Shown: positions 47,645 through 59,223, counted from the first letter of the stretch. The stretch: DNA of 64,000 bases from an uncultured Lachnospiraceae bacterium (GCA_934402055.1 CAKRTC010000005.1:19267-83266), one strand, 5' to 3'. Made by a program: numbers and translations. Notes: generated by a model not told the origin, from the letters alone.

Positions 47645-48868
47645 ATGAAATCTATCAGAGATATATACAAGGTCGGAACAGGACCTTCAAGCTCCCATAC
47701 TATGGGACCTGTAGCAGCGGCTAAGCTTTTTAAGGGAGAGAATCCCAACGCGGATGAATATAAGATCATTCTCTACGGTTCCTTGTCCAAGACCGGTAAG
47801 GGCCACGGAACAGACAGAGCAGTCATTGCGGAGCTTGCTCCGGTCAAGACTGAGGTCATATTTTCAACGGAAGAAATAGATGATATGAAGCATCCGAACA
47901 CCATGGATCTTATAGCTTATAGGGATGGTGCCGAGACTGCTTCGATGAGAGTCTACAGTATAGGCGGCGGAGATATACAGGTTGAAGGCCGTCCCGAGAT
48001 CTCATCCGGAGCAAGTGAGGAGATATATCTTGAAAATTCATTTGCAGAGATCAAGCAGTTCTGTGAGTTCAGATATATCGATCTTATCGAATATATAACT
48101 ATCAATGAGGGTGAGGAGATATGGGAGTTCCTTGCCGAAATATGGGAAGTGATGAAACAGGCTATACATGACGGACTCAATAAGGAAGGCATACTCCCCG
48201 GCGGACTCAATATACAGAGAAAGGCAAAATTTCTCTACAATCATGAGCTTGAGACAGAACATCCGGAGGTCATAGAGTGTCAGAAGGTCTGCTCCTATGC
48301 CTATGCCGTGAGCGAGCAGAATGCCGATAACGGAATAATAGTTACGGCTCCTACCTGCGGTGCCTGCGGAGTGCTTCCGGCTGTTATGTATTACCTTCAG
48401 ACCAAGAAGAACCGTGATGATATAGAGATTATACATGCGCTTGGCGTGGCAGGACTCTTCGGTGAGCTCGCCAAGAAGAATGCTTCCGTGTCGGGTGCCG
48501 AATGCGGTTGTCAGGCGGAGATAGGAGTTGCTTGTTCCATGGCTGCGGCTGCAACGGGACAGTTCTTTAACTACAGCATAGACCAGATAGAGTATGCGGC
48601 AGAGATAGCCCTGGAGCATCATCTCGGACTTACTTGTGATCCTATATGCGGGCTTGTACAGGTTCCGTGTATAGAGCGAAATGCCGTAGCCGCCATGCGT
48701 GCCATTACTTCTGCAAACCTTGCATACTTCCTGTCATCAACAAGACGTATAAGCTTTGACATGGTGCTTAAGAGTATGTACCGTACCGGAATCGATATGA
48801 ATCAGATGTACAGGGAGACCTCTGAGGGCGGACTTGCGGCTGCATATGCAAGACGCTCGCTGCAGTAA
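47645..48868 (+). CDS. sdaA: L-serine dehydratase, iron-sulfur dependent, single-chain (SdaA-type)
   Basis: 407 aa. IYKVGTGPSSSHTMGP is the SDH beta-domain start. The alpha-domain Cys ligands (CGACG...C) lie in the same polypeptide. Confidence 0.85.
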   Translation: MKSIRDIYKVGTGPSSSHTMGPVAAAKLFKGENPNADEYKIILYGSLSKTGKGHGTDRAVIAELAPVKTEVIFSTEEIDDMKHPNTMDLIAYRDGAETASMRVYSIGGGDIQVEGRPEISSGASEEIYLENSFAEIKQFCEFRYIDLIEYITINEGEEIWEFLAEIWEVMKQAIHDGLNKEGILPGGLNIQRKAKFLYNHELETEHPEVIECQKVCSYAYAVSEQNADNGIIVTAPTCGACGVLPAVMYYLQTKKNRDDIEIIHALGVAGLFGELAKKNASVSGAECGCQAEIGVACSMAAAATGQFFNYSIDQIEYAAEIALEHHLGLTCDPICGLVQVPCIERNAVAAMRAITSANLAYFLSSTRRISFDMVLKSMYRTGIDMNQMYRETSEGGLAAAYARRSLQ

Positions 48869-49056
48869 AAAACATTTTTCAAATGCCGCTAAATCGGTGG
48901 ATGTGAGCGAAATCAGGCTATTATTAAGTGCCTTAATAATTTCATAAGAATTAATTTAATCTTACTTCAAACACTTTATTTGGCGGCATGATATACTTCA
49001 GACAACAAAAGAAATTAATTAGCACTTAATCCTTTTACATCCTACTACATATTAGA

Positions 49057-49087
49057 CCTCAACGATGTGATCGTTGGGGTTTTTTAT
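49057..49087 (+). terminator. Rho-independent terminator about 190 nt downstream of the sdaA stop
   Basis: CCTCAACGA-tgtga-TCGTTGGGG is followed by TTTTTTATT. Confidence 0.6.
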
Positions 49088-49195
49088 TATTTCACAGGAG
49101 ATTGCCTCCCAAGAAATAATAAAACGCTCCGCTTCTTTTTTTAAATAAAGTGTGGTATCTTATACACGAAAAAATTGATAATGAAGGGCATTACA

Positions 49196-50260
49196 ATGAA
49201 TAAGAAAAATATAGCCGTAATCTTCGGAGGACAGTCATCCGAGCATGACATTTCCTGTATCTCAGTTTGCAACGTTTTGGACAATATCGATACCGATGAG
49301 TGGAATCCTGTGCTTATCGGCATAACAAAGGAAGGTGAGTGGCTCCTTGTTGACAGCATTGAGTCAATAAAGAACGGAAGCTGGACCGGATCAAAGACAA
49401 GCGCCGAGATAAGCCCGGATGCTACCAAGAAGCATGTTATTGTAAGCGATGATAAGGGGATGAGAGAAATCAGACTTGATTGTGCTTTCCCTGTATTGCA
49501 TGGCAAGTACGGCGAAGACGGAACCATACAGGGACTGTTTGAACTTATGCAGCTTCCATATGTCGGCTGCGGTGTTATAGCATCTGCGGCAGGCATGGAT
49601 AAATTCTATACCAAGATAATAGTTGATACCATAGGCGTAAGACAGGCTAAGTTTGTCGGTGTCAGAAGCTACGAGCTTAAGGACATTGAGGCTGTTGTAA
49701 AGCGTGCGGAGGAGGCTCTCGGATATCCTATGTTCGTTAAGCCGAGTCAGGCAGGATCTTCATGCGGAGTATCCAAGGTAAAGGATGCTTCGGAGCTTAA
49801 GGAAGCGCTTAATAAGGCTGCCGAGTATGACAGCAAGATACTTATTGAGGAATTCATCAAGGGCAGAGAGATAGAATGTGCCGTATTCGGCGGTGGATTC
49901 AAGAAGGTACAGGCGAGCGGAGTCGGAGAGATACTTGCAGCAGCTGATTTCTATGATTATGATGCCAAGTACAACAATCCGGATTCCAAGACGGTTATAG
50001 ATCCGGATCTTAAGGAAGAGACTGTCGAGGGCATAAGAGATGATGCAAGAAACATTTTCAATGCACTTGACGGCTATGGGCTTGCCAGAGTTGATTTCTT
50101 TGTCAAGGACGACGGTGAGATCGTATTCAACGAGATCAATACCATGCCCGGATTCACCGCTATATCCATGTATCCCATGCTCTGGGAGAACAAAGGTATC
50201 TCCAAGAAGGAGCTTGTTAAGATGCTTATAGATAATGCGCTCGAAAGAGGCGTGCATTAA
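49196..50260 (+). CDS. ddl: D-alanine--D-alanine ligase
   Basis: MNKKNIAVIFGGQSSEHDISCIS is the typical Ddl N-terminus, followed by an ATP-grasp domain. The start is set at the ATG preceded by GAAGGG. Confidence 0.9.
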   Translation: MNKKNIAVIFGGQSSEHDISCISVCNVLDNIDTDEWNPVLIGITKEGEWLLVDSIESIKNGSWTGSKTSAEISPDATKKHVIVSDDKGMREIRLDCAFPVLHGKYGEDGTIQGLFELMQLPYVGCGVIASAAGMDKFYTKIIVDTIGVRQAKFVGVRSYELKDIEAVVKRAEEALGYPMFVKPSQAGSSCGVSKVKDASELKEALNKAAEYDSKILIEEFIKGREIECAVFGGGFKKVQASGVGEILAAADFYDYDAKYNNPDSKTVIDPDLKEETVEGIRDDARNIFNALDGYGLARVDFFVKDDGEIVFNEINTMPGFTAISMYPMLWENKGISKKELVKMLIDNALERGVH

Positions 50261-50261
50261 T

Positions 50262-50291
50262 AAAAAAGACCATCGCAAACGCGATGGTCTT
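50262..50291. terminator. Hairpin terminator between convergent ddl and the minus-strand membrane-protein gene
   Basis: AAGACCATCGC-aaac-GCGATGGTCTT forms a perfect 11-bp stem. The A-run on plus gives a U-tract for the minus-strand transcript. Confidence 0.65.
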
Positions 50292-50308
50292 AAATCATTG
50301 TTGAAATA

Positions 50309-50767
50309 TTAGCTGTTCTTGGCTGCCTTCTTCTCGGCCTTTTCCTTTGCTTTCTTACGCTTCTTGATGTTGCGCTCACTCGGTACGGCACCCTGCAGGA
50401 TCTCCATGAGATACATACCGCTTACTCTTGCTTTGATGGTAGCCTTAAGCGGAACGTCCTCAAAGGTATCTCTGTCGCACATAAGGTCGAATACCTTAGG
50501 ACCTACCTTGGCTCTTACGACATATACCTTCATGAACTTGGCACGTCTAGGAGCTGTCTCAAAAACTTCCTTTGGGAACGGTGCCTCTTTGAACTTCATT
50601 TTCTTCTTGTCGATAACGAGGAGTGTGGCAACCTGTGCGAACTTGTCAAGCATGACCTGATTCTGAGCCTGTTCTGTCTGCATCTTCATTCCGGCACGAT
50701 AGAGGAAGAATAATGCGATTGCCGCAATAATAAGCACAATAATAAGTACTGTTATAAATGTGTACAT
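50309..50767 (-). CDS. Hypothetical single-pass membrane protein with a polybasic C-terminal tail
   Basis: 152 aa. The N-terminal TM helix is FITVLIIVLIIAAIALFFLY and the tail is KKRKKAKEKAEKKAAKNS. I recognise no family for it. It is divergent from rpoB. Confidence 0.45.
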   Translation of the reverse strand: MYTFITVLIIVLIIAAIALFFLYRAGMKMQTEQAQNQVMLDKFAQVATLLVIDKKKMKFKEAPFPKEVFETAPRRAKFMKVYVVRAKVGPKVFDLMCDRDTFEDVPLKATIKARVSGMYLMEILQGAVPSERNIKKRKKAKEKAEKKAAKNS

Positions 50768-50838
50768 ATAAAAGAACTCCTTAACTGGTATATTAGGAAA
50801 TATCTTAACATCTTATGAAAAAAAACTCAAGCAGATAC

Positions 50839-50897
50839 TTGACGATTGACAACAGATGTGTTAACCTAAAATTTGCATTATTATGGCGTTGTGCGCC
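50839..50897 (+). promoter_or_regulatory. Candidate rpoBC promoter region with a GC-rich discriminator-like motif (TATTAT-GGCGTTGTGCGCC)
   Basis: It contains overlapping TTGACG/TTGACA, a TG-n-...TATTAT stretch, and a GC-rich run in an otherwise AT-rich leader. The exact -35/-10 pairing is ambiguous. Confidence 0.3.
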
Positions 50898-50989
50898 TTA
50901 ATGCTTAAGTATTTTACTACTATTGCATAACATTTGCAATAGCTTACAGAACGTAGTTGTATAAATTATTAATGAGGTGGAGAATATCT

Positions 50990-53900
50990 ATGGATAAAAG
51001 CAGGATGCACGTGGTCAAAGCCGGCAAGGGTTTGAGAATGAGCTTCTCCGAAGCAAAAGAAGTTCTCGAGATGCCGAACTTGATCGAGATTCAGAAGAAT
51101 TCTTACAACTGGTTCCTTACTGACGGACTTAAGGAGGCGTTCGATGATATATCACCGATCACCGACTATGCAGGTCATCTCAGCCTGGAATTCATGGACT
51201 TTGCTTTGCGCAGAGATGAAGTAAAGTATACCATTGAAGAGTGCAAGGAGAGAGATGCAACTTATGCAGCACCGCTCAAGGTTAAGGTAAGACTTATCAA
51301 TAATGATAAGGATGAGATCAGCGAACATGACATTTTCATGGGAGATCTTCCGCTGATGACCGATACCGGATCGTTCGTTATAAACGGTGCCGAGAGAGTT
51401 ATTGTTTCGCAGTTGGTAAGAAGCCCGGGTATTTATTATGATATCAATCATGATAAGGTGGGTAAGGAGTTATTCTCGTGCACTGTTATCCCTAACAGAG
51501 GTGCATGGCTTGAGTATGAGACAGACTCTAACAACATTTTCTGGGTAAGAGTCGATCGTACACGTAAGGTGCCTGTAACGGTACTCATCAGAGCACTCGG
51601 TATAGGAACAAACAGAGAGATCATCGATCTTTTCGGAGAAGAGCCTAAGCTTATAGATACTATGGCAAAGGATGCTTCCGAGAGTTATCAGGATGGTCTT
51701 CTTGAGCTGTACAAAAAGATCAGACCGGGCGAGCCGCTTTCTGTTGATTCCGCAGAGTCATTGATCCGTTCAATGTTCTTCGATGCAAGAAGATACGATC
51801 TTGCAAAGGTCGGCAGATATAAGTTCAATAAGAAGCTCCTCCTCAAGAACCGTATAGAGGGCAAGATCCTTGCAGAGGATGTTGTTGATAAGGAGACCGG
51901 AGAGATCATTGCCGAGGCAGGAATGACTCTTGATCGTGAGACCTGTGACCGCATTCAGAATACAGGATGCATCTATGTCAATGTCAGAGGCAAGGTAGAT
52001 GCCGAGAATACAGAAGGAAGGATAGTAAGAGTCCTTTCCAACCGTATGGTAGATCTTGGAGCTTTTGTAAGTTTCGATCCTAAGGAAGCAGATGTACACG
52101 AGCTGGTTTACTATCCGGCACTCAAGGAGCTTTTGAGTGAGAACGAGGGAGCTTCTGAGGATGAGCTTAAGGCTGCCATCAGGAAGAATCTTTCACTTCT
52201 CATCCCTAAGCATATTACAAGAGAGGATATTCTCGTATCTATCAACTACAATATGCATATAGAGGAAGGCATCGGAGATGCTGACGATATCGACCACCTC
52301 GGTAACCGTCGTATCCGTGCCGTAGGCGAATTGCTTCAGAACCAGTACCGTATCGGTCTCAGCCGTATGGAGAGAGTTGTAAGAGAGCGTATGTCAACTC
52401 AGGATATTGACGACATTACTCCTACATCACTTGTCAACATCAAGCCTGTTACCGCAGCGGTTAAGGAGTTCTTCGGCTCATCACAGCTTTCACAGTTCAT
52501 GGACCAGAACAATCCGCTTTCAGAGCTTACACACAAGCGTCGTCTTTCGGCACTCGGACCGGGCGGACTTTCAAGAGACCGTGCGGGATTCGAGGTTCGA
52601 GATGTTCATTATACTCACTACGGACGTATGTGCCCTATCGAGACTCCTGAGGGACCGAACATCGGTCTTATCAACTCACTTGCATCTTATGCAAGGATCA
52701 ATGAATACGGATTCATCGAGGCACCTTACCGCGTAGTTGACAAGAGTGATCCGACCAATCCTGTTGTAACAGAGAAGATCGTATATCTTACAGCAGATGA
52801 AGAGGATAACTACAGAGTTGCTCAGGCTAACGAGCCTCTTGATGATGAGGGACATTTCAAGAATAAGAATGTTTCCGGTCGTTTCAGAGAGGAGACAACC
52901 AGCTTTAACCGTAATTCGGTAGATCTCATGGATGTATCTCCTAAGATGCTTCTTTCGGTAGCTACATCAATGATACCTTTCCTTGAGAACGATGACCCGA
53001 CACGTGCCCTCATGGGATCGAACATGCAGCGTCAGGCGGTTCCGCTTCTTAAGACAGAGGCTTCCGTAATAGGTACAGGTATTGATGATAAGGTTGCCAA
53101 GGACTCAGGTGTATGTGTTGTTGCACTTCATGACGGAACTGTTACACACGTTGCCGCAAACCGTATCGAGGTTAAGCCGGACAAGGGCAATCTTGACGTA
53201 TATAAGCTTACAAAGTTTATGCGTTCAAACCAGTCAAACTGCTACAACCAGAGACCTATAGTCAATGTAGGAGATAAGGTCAAGGCGGGCGAGATCATTG
53301 CCGACGGTCCGTCTACATCAAACGGAGAGATCGCACTCGGAAAGAACCCGCTTATCGGATTCATGACATGGGAAGGTTACAACTACGAGGATGCCGTTCT
53401 TCTGTCAGAGAGACTTGTTCAGGATGATGTATACACTTCCGTACATATCGAGGAGTATGAGTGCGAGGCAAGAGATACCAAGCTCGGACCTGAGGAGATA
53501 ACAAAGGATGTTCCGGGTGTTGGTGACGATGCCCTCAAGAACCTTAACGACAACGGTATCATTCGTATCGGTGCAGAGGTTCGCGCCGGCGACATTCTTG
53601 TAGGTAAGGTTACTCCTAAGGGAGAGACTGAGCTTACACCTGAGGAGAGACTTCTCCGTGCCATCTTCGGTGAGAAGGCACGAGAGGTACGTGATACCTC
53701 GCTTAAGGTTCCTCACGGAGCATACGGCGTAGTAGTTGACGCAAAGGTATTTACAAGAGAGAATTCGGACGAGCTCTCACCGGGAGTAAACAAGTCCGTA
53801 AGAATTTATATAGCACAGAAGCGTAAGATCGGTGTCGGAGATAAGATGGCCGGCCGTCACGGAAACAAGGGAGTTGTCTCAAGAGTTCTTCCTGTTGAGG

Positions 53901-54877
53901 ATATGCCTTATCTTCCTAACGGACGTCCGCTTGATATCGTACTTAACCCGCTCGGCGTTCCTTCCCGAATGAACATAGGACAGGTCCTTGAGTTCCACTT
54001 AAGCCTTGCTGCAAGAGCCCTCGGCTTCAATATCGCAACACCTATATTCGAAGGCGCAAACGAGAATGATATCCAGGACTGCCTTGAGATGGCAAATGAT
54101 TATGTAAATGGTTCCTGGGAGGACTTTGAGGCTAAGTATAAGGATGTACTTAAGCCGGATGTTATGGAGTACCTCGGTACACATCTTGAGCACAGAGAGC
54201 TTTGGAAGGGTGTTCCGATAAGCCGTGACGGTAAGGTTCGTCTGAGAGACGGACGCTCGGGAGAGTATTTTGACTCACCGGTTTCTGTAGGACACATGCA
54301 TTATCTTAAGCTTCATCACCTTGTTGACGATAAGATCCATGCACGTTCGACAGGTCCTTACTCACTCGTTACACAGCAGCCGCTCGGTGGTAAAGCACAG
54401 TTCGGCGGACAGCGTTTCGGAGAGATGGAGGTTTGGGCACTTGAGGCTTACGGCGCTGCTTATACACTTCAGGAGATCCTTACCATGAAGTCTGATGATG
54501 TTGTGGGACGTGTTAAGACCTACGAGGCTATCATTAAGGGCGAGAACATTCCTAAGGCCGGCATACCGGAGTCCTTCAAGGTTCTTGTCAAGGAGCTTCA
54601 GTCACTTGCCATGGATATCAATGTACTTGATGAGAACGGCAACGTTGTTGAGCTTAAGGAGAATCTTGACGATACCGATATGAATCTTCACAGACTTCTT
54701 GAGGGAGACAGAAGATATCGTGATCAGGATAAGAGAGAGTTCTCTGATTACGGATATATGACTCAGGAATTTAACGATCAGGGAGAGCTTGAAGGAGCGG
54801 AAGACAGCGAGCTTGAGCTTGAAGATTCCAAGGCTGACGATAATTTTGATTCGGAAGACTTTTCAGATGAGACTTGA
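50990..54877 (+). CDS. rpoB: DNA-directed RNA polymerase subunit beta
   Basis: The ORF track begins at a TTG at 50957. I place the start at ATG 50990 (MDKSRM...) after GAGGTGGAG. It matches RpoB throughout and has an acidic C-terminal tail. Confidence 0.95.
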   Translation: MDKSRMHVVKAGKGLRMSFSEAKEVLEMPNLIEIQKNSYNWFLTDGLKEAFDDISPITDYAGHLSLEFMDFALRRDEVKYTIEECKERDATYAAPLKVKVRLINNDKDEISEHDIFMGDLPLMTDTGSFVINGAERVIVSQLVRSPGIYYDINHDKVGKELFSCTVIPNRGAWLEYETDSNNIFWVRVDRTRKVPVTVLIRALGIGTNREIIDLFGEEPKLIDTMAKDASESYQDGLLELYKKIRPGEPLSVDSAESLIRSMFFDARRYDLAKVGRYKFNKKLLLKNRIEGKILAEDVVDKETGEIIAEAGMTLDRETCDRIQNTGCIYVNVRGKVDAENTEGRIVRVLSNRMVDLGAFVSFDPKEADVHELVYYPALKELLSENEGASEDELKAAIRKNLSLLIPKHITREDILVSINYNMHIEEGIGDADDIDHLGNRRIRAVGELLQNQYRIGLSRMERVVRERMSTQDIDDITPTSLVNIKPVTAAVKEFFGSSQLSQFMDQNNPLSELTHKRRLSALGPGGLSRDRAGFEVRDVHYTHYGRMCPIETPEGPNIGLINSLASYARINEYGFIEAPYRVVDKSDPTNPVVTEKIVYLTADEEDNYRVAQANEPLDDEGHFKNKNVSGRFREETTSFNRNSVDLMDVSPKMLLSVATSMIPFLENDDPTRALMGSNMQRQAVPLLKTEASVIGTGIDDKVAKDSGVCVVALHDGTVTHVAANRIEVKPDKGNLDVYKLTKFMRSNQSNCYNQRPIVNVGDKVKAGEIIADGPSTSNGEIALGKNPLIGFMTWEGYNYEDAVLLSERLVQDDVYTSVHIEEYECEARDTKLGPEEITKDVPGVGDDALKNLNDNGIIRIGAEVRAGDILVGKVTPKGETELTPEERLLRAIFGEKAREVRDTSLKVPHGAYGVVVDAKVFTRENSDELSPGVNKSVRIYIAQKRKIGVGDKMAGRHGNKGVVSRVLPVEDMPYLPNGRPLDIVLNPLGVPSRMNIGQVLEFHLSLAARALGFNIATPIFEGANENDIQDCLEMANDYVNGSWEDFEAKYKDVLKPDVMEYLGTHLEHRELWKGVPISRDGKVRLRDGRSGEYFDSPVSVGHMHYLKLHHLVDDKIHARSTGPYSLVTQQPLGGKAQFGGQRFGEMEVWALEAYGAAYTLQEILTMKSDDVVGRVKTYEAIIKGENIPKAGIPESFKVLVKELQSLAMDINVLDENGNVVELKENLDDTDMNLHRLLEGDRRYRDQDKREFSDYGYMTQEFNDQGELEGAEDSELELEDSKADDNFDSEDFSDET

Positions 54878-54896
54878 GAGAGGAGAAGCGTAAAAT

Positions 54897-57800
54897 ATGG
54901 CACAAAATCAGGAAAATTACGAGCCGATGACATTCGACTCGATACAGATTAGACTTGCATCTCCGGAGAAGATACTTGAATGGTCACATGGTGAGGTAAC
55001 AAAGCCTGAGACTATCAACTATCGTACTCTTAAGCCTGAGAAAGACGGACTTTATTGCGAGAGGATATTCGGACCGAGCAAGGACTGGGAATGCCATTGC
55101 GGAAAATATAAGAAGATGCGCTTTAAGGGCGTTGTCTGCGATAAGTGCGGAGTCGAGGTAACCAAGTCTTCTGTAAGACGTGAGAGACTCGGACATATCA
55201 CACTTGCCGCACCTGTATCACATATATGGTACTTCAAGGGAATACCGTCAAGAATGGGACTCATTCTTGACATATCCCCGAGAGTTCTTGAGAAGGTACT
55301 TTACTTTGCTTCTTATATTGTTCTTGATCCGGGAGCAACAAGCCTGTCCTATAAGCAGGTACTCTCGGAGAAGGAGTACAGAGACGAGGTTGCAAAGAAC
55401 GGCTATGATGCATTCCGCGTAGGTATGGGTGCCGAGGCTGTACTTGAGCTTCTTAAGAATATTGATCTTGAGAAGGAAGCTGAGCAGCTTAAGAGTGAGC
55501 TCCATGACAGCTCCGGACAGAAGCGTGCACGTATAGTCAAGAGACTTGAGGTAGTTGAAGCATTCAGACTTTCGGGCAACAAGCCTGAGTGGATGGTGCT
55601 CACAGTCATTCCGGTAATTCCTCCGGATATCAGACCTATGGTTCAGCTTGACGGCGGAAGATTCGCTACATCCGATCTTAACGACCTTTACAGAAGGATT
55701 ATTAACAGAAATAACAGACTTGCGAGACTGCTTGAGCTCGGAGCGCCTGAGATCATTATTCGTAATGAGAAGAGAATGCTTCAGGAGGCTGTAGACGCAC
55801 TTATCGATAACGGCAGACGCGGACGTCCGGTAACAGGACCGGGGAATCGTGCGCTTAAGTCACTTTCCGATATGCTTAAGGGTAAGCAGGGACGTTTCCG
55901 TCAGAACCTCCTCGGTAAGCGAGTAGACTATTCGGGACGTTCGGTTATTGTCGTAGGACCTGAGCTTAAGATCTATCAGTGCGGTCTTCCTAAGGAGATG
56001 GCAATAGAACTCTTTAAGCCTTTCGTTATGAAGGAGCTTGTTCAGAACGGTTCCGCTCACAATATCAAGGCTGCCAAGAAGATGGTAGAGAGACTTGAGT
56101 CGGGAGTATGGGATGTACTTGAGGATGTTATCAAAGAGCATCCGGTTATGCTTAACCGTGCCCCCACACTTCACAGACTCGGTATTCAGGCGTTTGAGCC
56201 TATCCTTGTAGAGGGTAAGGCTATCAAGCTTCATCCGCTTGTTTGTACAGCGTTCAACGCCGACTTCGACGGAGACCAGATGGCTGTGCATCTTCCGATT
56301 ACACTTGAGGCTCAGGCAGAGTGCCGTTTCATGCTCCTCAGCCCGAACAACCTCCTCAAGCCTTCGGACGGATCCGTAGTTGCCGTTCCTTCACAGGATA
56401 TGGTCCTCGGTATCTACTACCTTACACAGGAGAGACCGGGAACAACAGGCGAAGGATCTGCATTTAAGAGTGTAAATGAAGCTATACTTGCATACGAGAA
56501 CGGTGCTGTAGACCTTCATGCAAGAGTCAAGACCAGAGTTGAGAGAACTGCTGAAGACGGAAGCGTTATACATCCGGTGATCGAGACTACAGTAGGAAGA
56601 CTTATATTCAATGAGCTTATCCCTCAGGATCTCGGTTTTGTTGACAGAAGCGTTGAGGATAAGAAGTATGCACCTGAGGTTGACTTCCTTGTTAAGAAGG
56701 GAGAACTTAAGGAGGTACTTGAGAGGATCATGAATATCCACGGTGCGACAGCTACAGCGGTAGCACTTGATAACATCAAGGCACTCGGATACAAGTTCTC
56801 AACAAGAGCTGCCCTTACTGTATCCATCTCTGATATGGTGGTTCCTGAGGATAAACAGGAGATAATCGACAAGGCTCAGAAGACAGTTGACAGGATCGCA
56901 CGTGATAAGGCTCGTGGTCTTATTACCGAAGAAGAGCGTTATAAGGAAGTTATCGATACATGGAAGGCAGCCGATGATCTGCTTACCAATGAGCTTATCG
57001 CCGGACTTGACCAGTACAACAACCTTAAGATGATGGCCGATTCCGGAGCCCGTGGATCTAATAAGCAGATCAAGCAGCTTGCAGGTATGCGAGGACTCAT
57101 GGCTGATACAACAGGACACACCATCGAGCTTCCTATCACATCAAACTTCCGTGAAGGACTTGATATCCTTGAGTATTTCATTTCTGCACACGGAGCACGT
57201 AAGGGACTTTCCGATACAGCTCTTCGTACAGCCGACTCGGGATACCTTACAAGACGACTTGTAGATGTATCTCAGGAGCTCATCATCAAGGAAGAGGATT
57301 GCTCGGTAGGCAAGAGCGAGGAACAGCTTCCTTCAATGGAGATAAGCGGATTTACCGACGGTCAGGAGGTTATCGAGAATCTTGAGGAGCGTATCACAGG
57401 AAGATGCGTTGCCGAGACTATTATCGATCCTGAGACCAACGAGATCGCAATCAAGGCAAATGATCTTTGTACCGTTGCCAAGGCTAAGAAGGTCGTTAAG
57501 GCACTTGAAAAGCTTGGCAGAAACACAGTCAAGATCCGTACAGTACTTACCTGCCGTTCAAAGTCGGGTGTATGTGCTAAGTGCTACGGTGCGAACATGG
57601 CAACAAGATCTGCTGTTCAGGTCGGTGAAGCTGTCGGAGTTATTGCTGCTCAGTCTATCGGTGAGCCGGGTACTCAGCTTACCATGCGTAACTTCCATAC
57701 AGGTGGTGTCGCATCTAACCAGGATATCACTCAGGGTCTTCCGAGAGTCGAGGAGTTGTTTGAGGCAAGAAAGCCAAAGGGACTTGCTATCATCTCCGAG

Positions 57801-58559
57801 ATACCGGGCGTTGTTTCACTTAAGGAAACAAAGAGAAAGCGTGAGATCACCGTTACCGACAACGAGAGCAATGAGGCTAAGACTTATCTTATTCCTTACG
57901 GCTCAAGACTTAAGGTTCAGGACGGAGATGTTCTTGAGGCAGGTGACGAGATCACAGAGGGTTCTGTCAATCCGCATGACCTCCTTCGCATAAAGGGAGC
58001 AAGAGCTGTTCAGGACTACATGCTTAAGGAAGTACAGCGTGTATATCGTCTTCAGGGTGTTGATATCAACGATAAGCATATCGAGCTCATAGTAAGACAG
58101 ATGATGAAGAAGGTAAGAATAGAGGAGCAGGGAGATTCCGAGTTCCTTCCGGGCATGAGTGTTAATCTCATAGACTTCAACGAAGTTAATGAGGAGCTTG
58201 AGGCCGAGGGCAAGAATCCGGCTGAAGGCAAGATAACCATGCTTGGTATCACAAAGGCATCTCTTGCAACAGATTCGTTCCTTTCCGCTGCATCCTTCCA
58301 GGAGACCACAAAGGTCCTTACAGAGGCTGCAATCAACGGCAAGGTCGATCATCTTAACGGACTTAAGGAAAATGTCCTTATCGGTAAGCTTATTCCTGCC
58401 GGTACAGGCATGAAGTGCTACAGCGATATCGCACTTTCCACAGACGAAGAGATGAAGTCTCACGATCCTATCTTCTCATACGAAAGCTATGATAAGAATG
58501 CCGCATATGAGCCTGCAAATGAGCTTGATGCAGAGGAAGAAGCACCTGTAGAAGAGTAA
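54897..58559 (+). CDS. rpoC: DNA-directed RNA polymerase subunit beta-prime
   Basis: 1220 aa. It has the zinc-finger [20 protein letters not shown] and the NADFDGD catalytic motif. Confidence 0.95.
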   Translation: MAQNQENYEPMTFDSIQIRLASPEKILEWSHGEVTKPETINYRTLKPEKDGLYCERIFGPSKDWECHCGKYKKMRFKGVVCDKCGVEVTKSSVRRERLGHITLAAPVSHIWYFKGIPSRMGLILDISPRVLEKVLYFASYIVLDPGATSLSYKQVLSEKEYRDEVAKNGYDAFRVGMGAEAVLELLKNIDLEKEAEQLKSELHDSSGQKRARIVKRLEVVEAFRLSGNKPEWMVLTVIPVIPPDIRPMVQLDGGRFATSDLNDLYRRIINRNNRLARLLELGAPEIIIRNEKRMLQEAVDALIDNGRRGRPVTGPGNRALKSLSDMLKGKQGRFRQNLLGKRVDYSGRSVIVVGPELKIYQCGLPKEMAIELFKPFVMKELVQNGSAHNIKAAKKMVERLESGVWDVLEDVIKEHPVMLNRAPTLHRLGIQAFEPILVEGKAIKLHPLVCTAFNADFDGDQMAVHLPITLEAQAECRFMLLSPNNLLKPSDGSVVAVPSQDMVLGIYYLTQERPGTTGEGSAFKSVNEAILAYENGAVDLHARVKTRVERTAEDGSVIHPVIETTVGRLIFNELIPQDLGFVDRSVEDKKYAPEVDFLVKKGELKEVLERIMNIHGATATAVALDNIKALGYKFSTRAALTVSISDMVVPEDKQEIIDKAQKTVDRIARDKARGLITEEERYKEVIDTWKAADDLLTNELIAGLDQYNNLKMMADSGARGSNKQIKQLAGMRGLMADTTGHTIELPITSNFREGLDILEYFISAHGARKGLSDTALRTADSGYLTRRLVDVSQELIIKEEDCSVGKSEEQLPSMEISGFTDGQEVIENLEERITGRCVAETIIDPETNEIAIKANDLCTVAKAKKVVKALEKLGRNTVKIRTVLTCRSKSGVCAKCYGANMATRSAVQVGEAVGVIAAQSIGEPGTQLTMRNFHTGGVASNQDITQGLPRVEELFEARKPKGLAIISEIPGVVSLKETKRKREITVTDNESNEAKTYLIPYGSRLKVQDGDVLEAGDEITEGSVNPHDLLRIKGARAVQDYMLKEVQRVYRLQGVDINDKHIELIVRQMMKKVRIEEQGDSEFLPGMSVNLIDFNEVNEELEAEGKNPAEGKITMLGITKASLATDSFLSAASFQETTKVLTEAAINGKVDHLNGLKENVLIGKLIPAGTGMKCYSDIALSTDEEMKSHDPIFSYESYDKNAAYEPANELDAEEEAPVEE

Positions 58560-58592
58560 TTAAAGCAAACTTATTAAAAATAATAAAAAAGC

Positions 58593-58621
58593 TTGACTTT
58601 TAAACTCAATACTAATATTAT
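58593..58621 (+). promoter_or_regulatory. Sigma-A-type promoter of the str operon (TTGACT-17-TATTAT)
   Basis: TTGACT at 58593-58598, a 17-nt spacer, TATTAT at 58616-58621. Confidence 0.55.
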
Positions 58622-58624
58622 TAT

Positions 58625-58650
58625 ATGGCGCGTGCGCATGCACGCGTCAT
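58625..58650 (+). promoter_or_regulatory. GC-rich near-palindrome / 5'-leader hairpin of the str operon
   Basis: ATGGCGCGTGC-gcat-GCACGCGTCAT forms an 11-bp stem with one G.U, immediately downstream of the -10. Confidence 0.4.
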
Positions 58651-58698
58651 ATTTGTTGCTTAAATAACAACCATTGAATCTCAAAGGAGGTGAAAAGA

Positions 58699-59118
58699 AT
58701 GCCAACAATTAACCAGCTGGTTAGAAAGGGAAGACAGACATTAGCAAAGAAGTCAACAGCACCTGCACTTCAGAAGGGATTTAACTCTCTTAAGAAGCAT
58801 GCGACTGATGAATCATCACCGCAGAAGCGTGGTGTTTGTACAGCAGTTAAGACAGCTACACCTAAGAAGCCTAACTCCGCACTTCGTAAGATCGCCAGAG
58901 TACGTCTTTCAAACGGAATCGAAGTAACAAGCTACATCCCGGGAGAGGGTCACAACCTTCAGGAGCATAGCGTAGTACTTATCAGAGGAGGCCGTGTTAA
59001 GGACCTTCCGGGTACACGTTATCACATCATCCGCGGAACACTTGATACAGCAGGCGTTGCAAACCGCAAGCAGGCACGTTCCAAGTACGGCGCTAAGAAG
59101 CCGAAAGAGAAGAAGTAA
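58699..59118 (+). CDS. rpsL: 30S ribosomal protein S12
   Basis: [12 protein letters not shown]... The start is the ATG at 58699, after AAAGGAGG. Confidence 0.95.
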   Translation: MPTINQLVRKGRQTLAKKSTAPALQKGFNSLKKHATDESSPQKRGVCTAVKTATPKKPNSALRKIARVRLSNGIEVTSYIPGEGHNLQEHSVVLIRGGRVKDLPGTRYHIIRGTLDTAGVANRKQARSKYGAKKPKEKK

Positions 59119-59223
59119 TTCGTATAACTTGGATTTTGAGATTTAATGGTTGTAACAATACATGTCTCAATTTCTGAGAGTACCGATGATCTAATGTAAA
59201 ACGTAATTAAGGAGGGAAGTATC

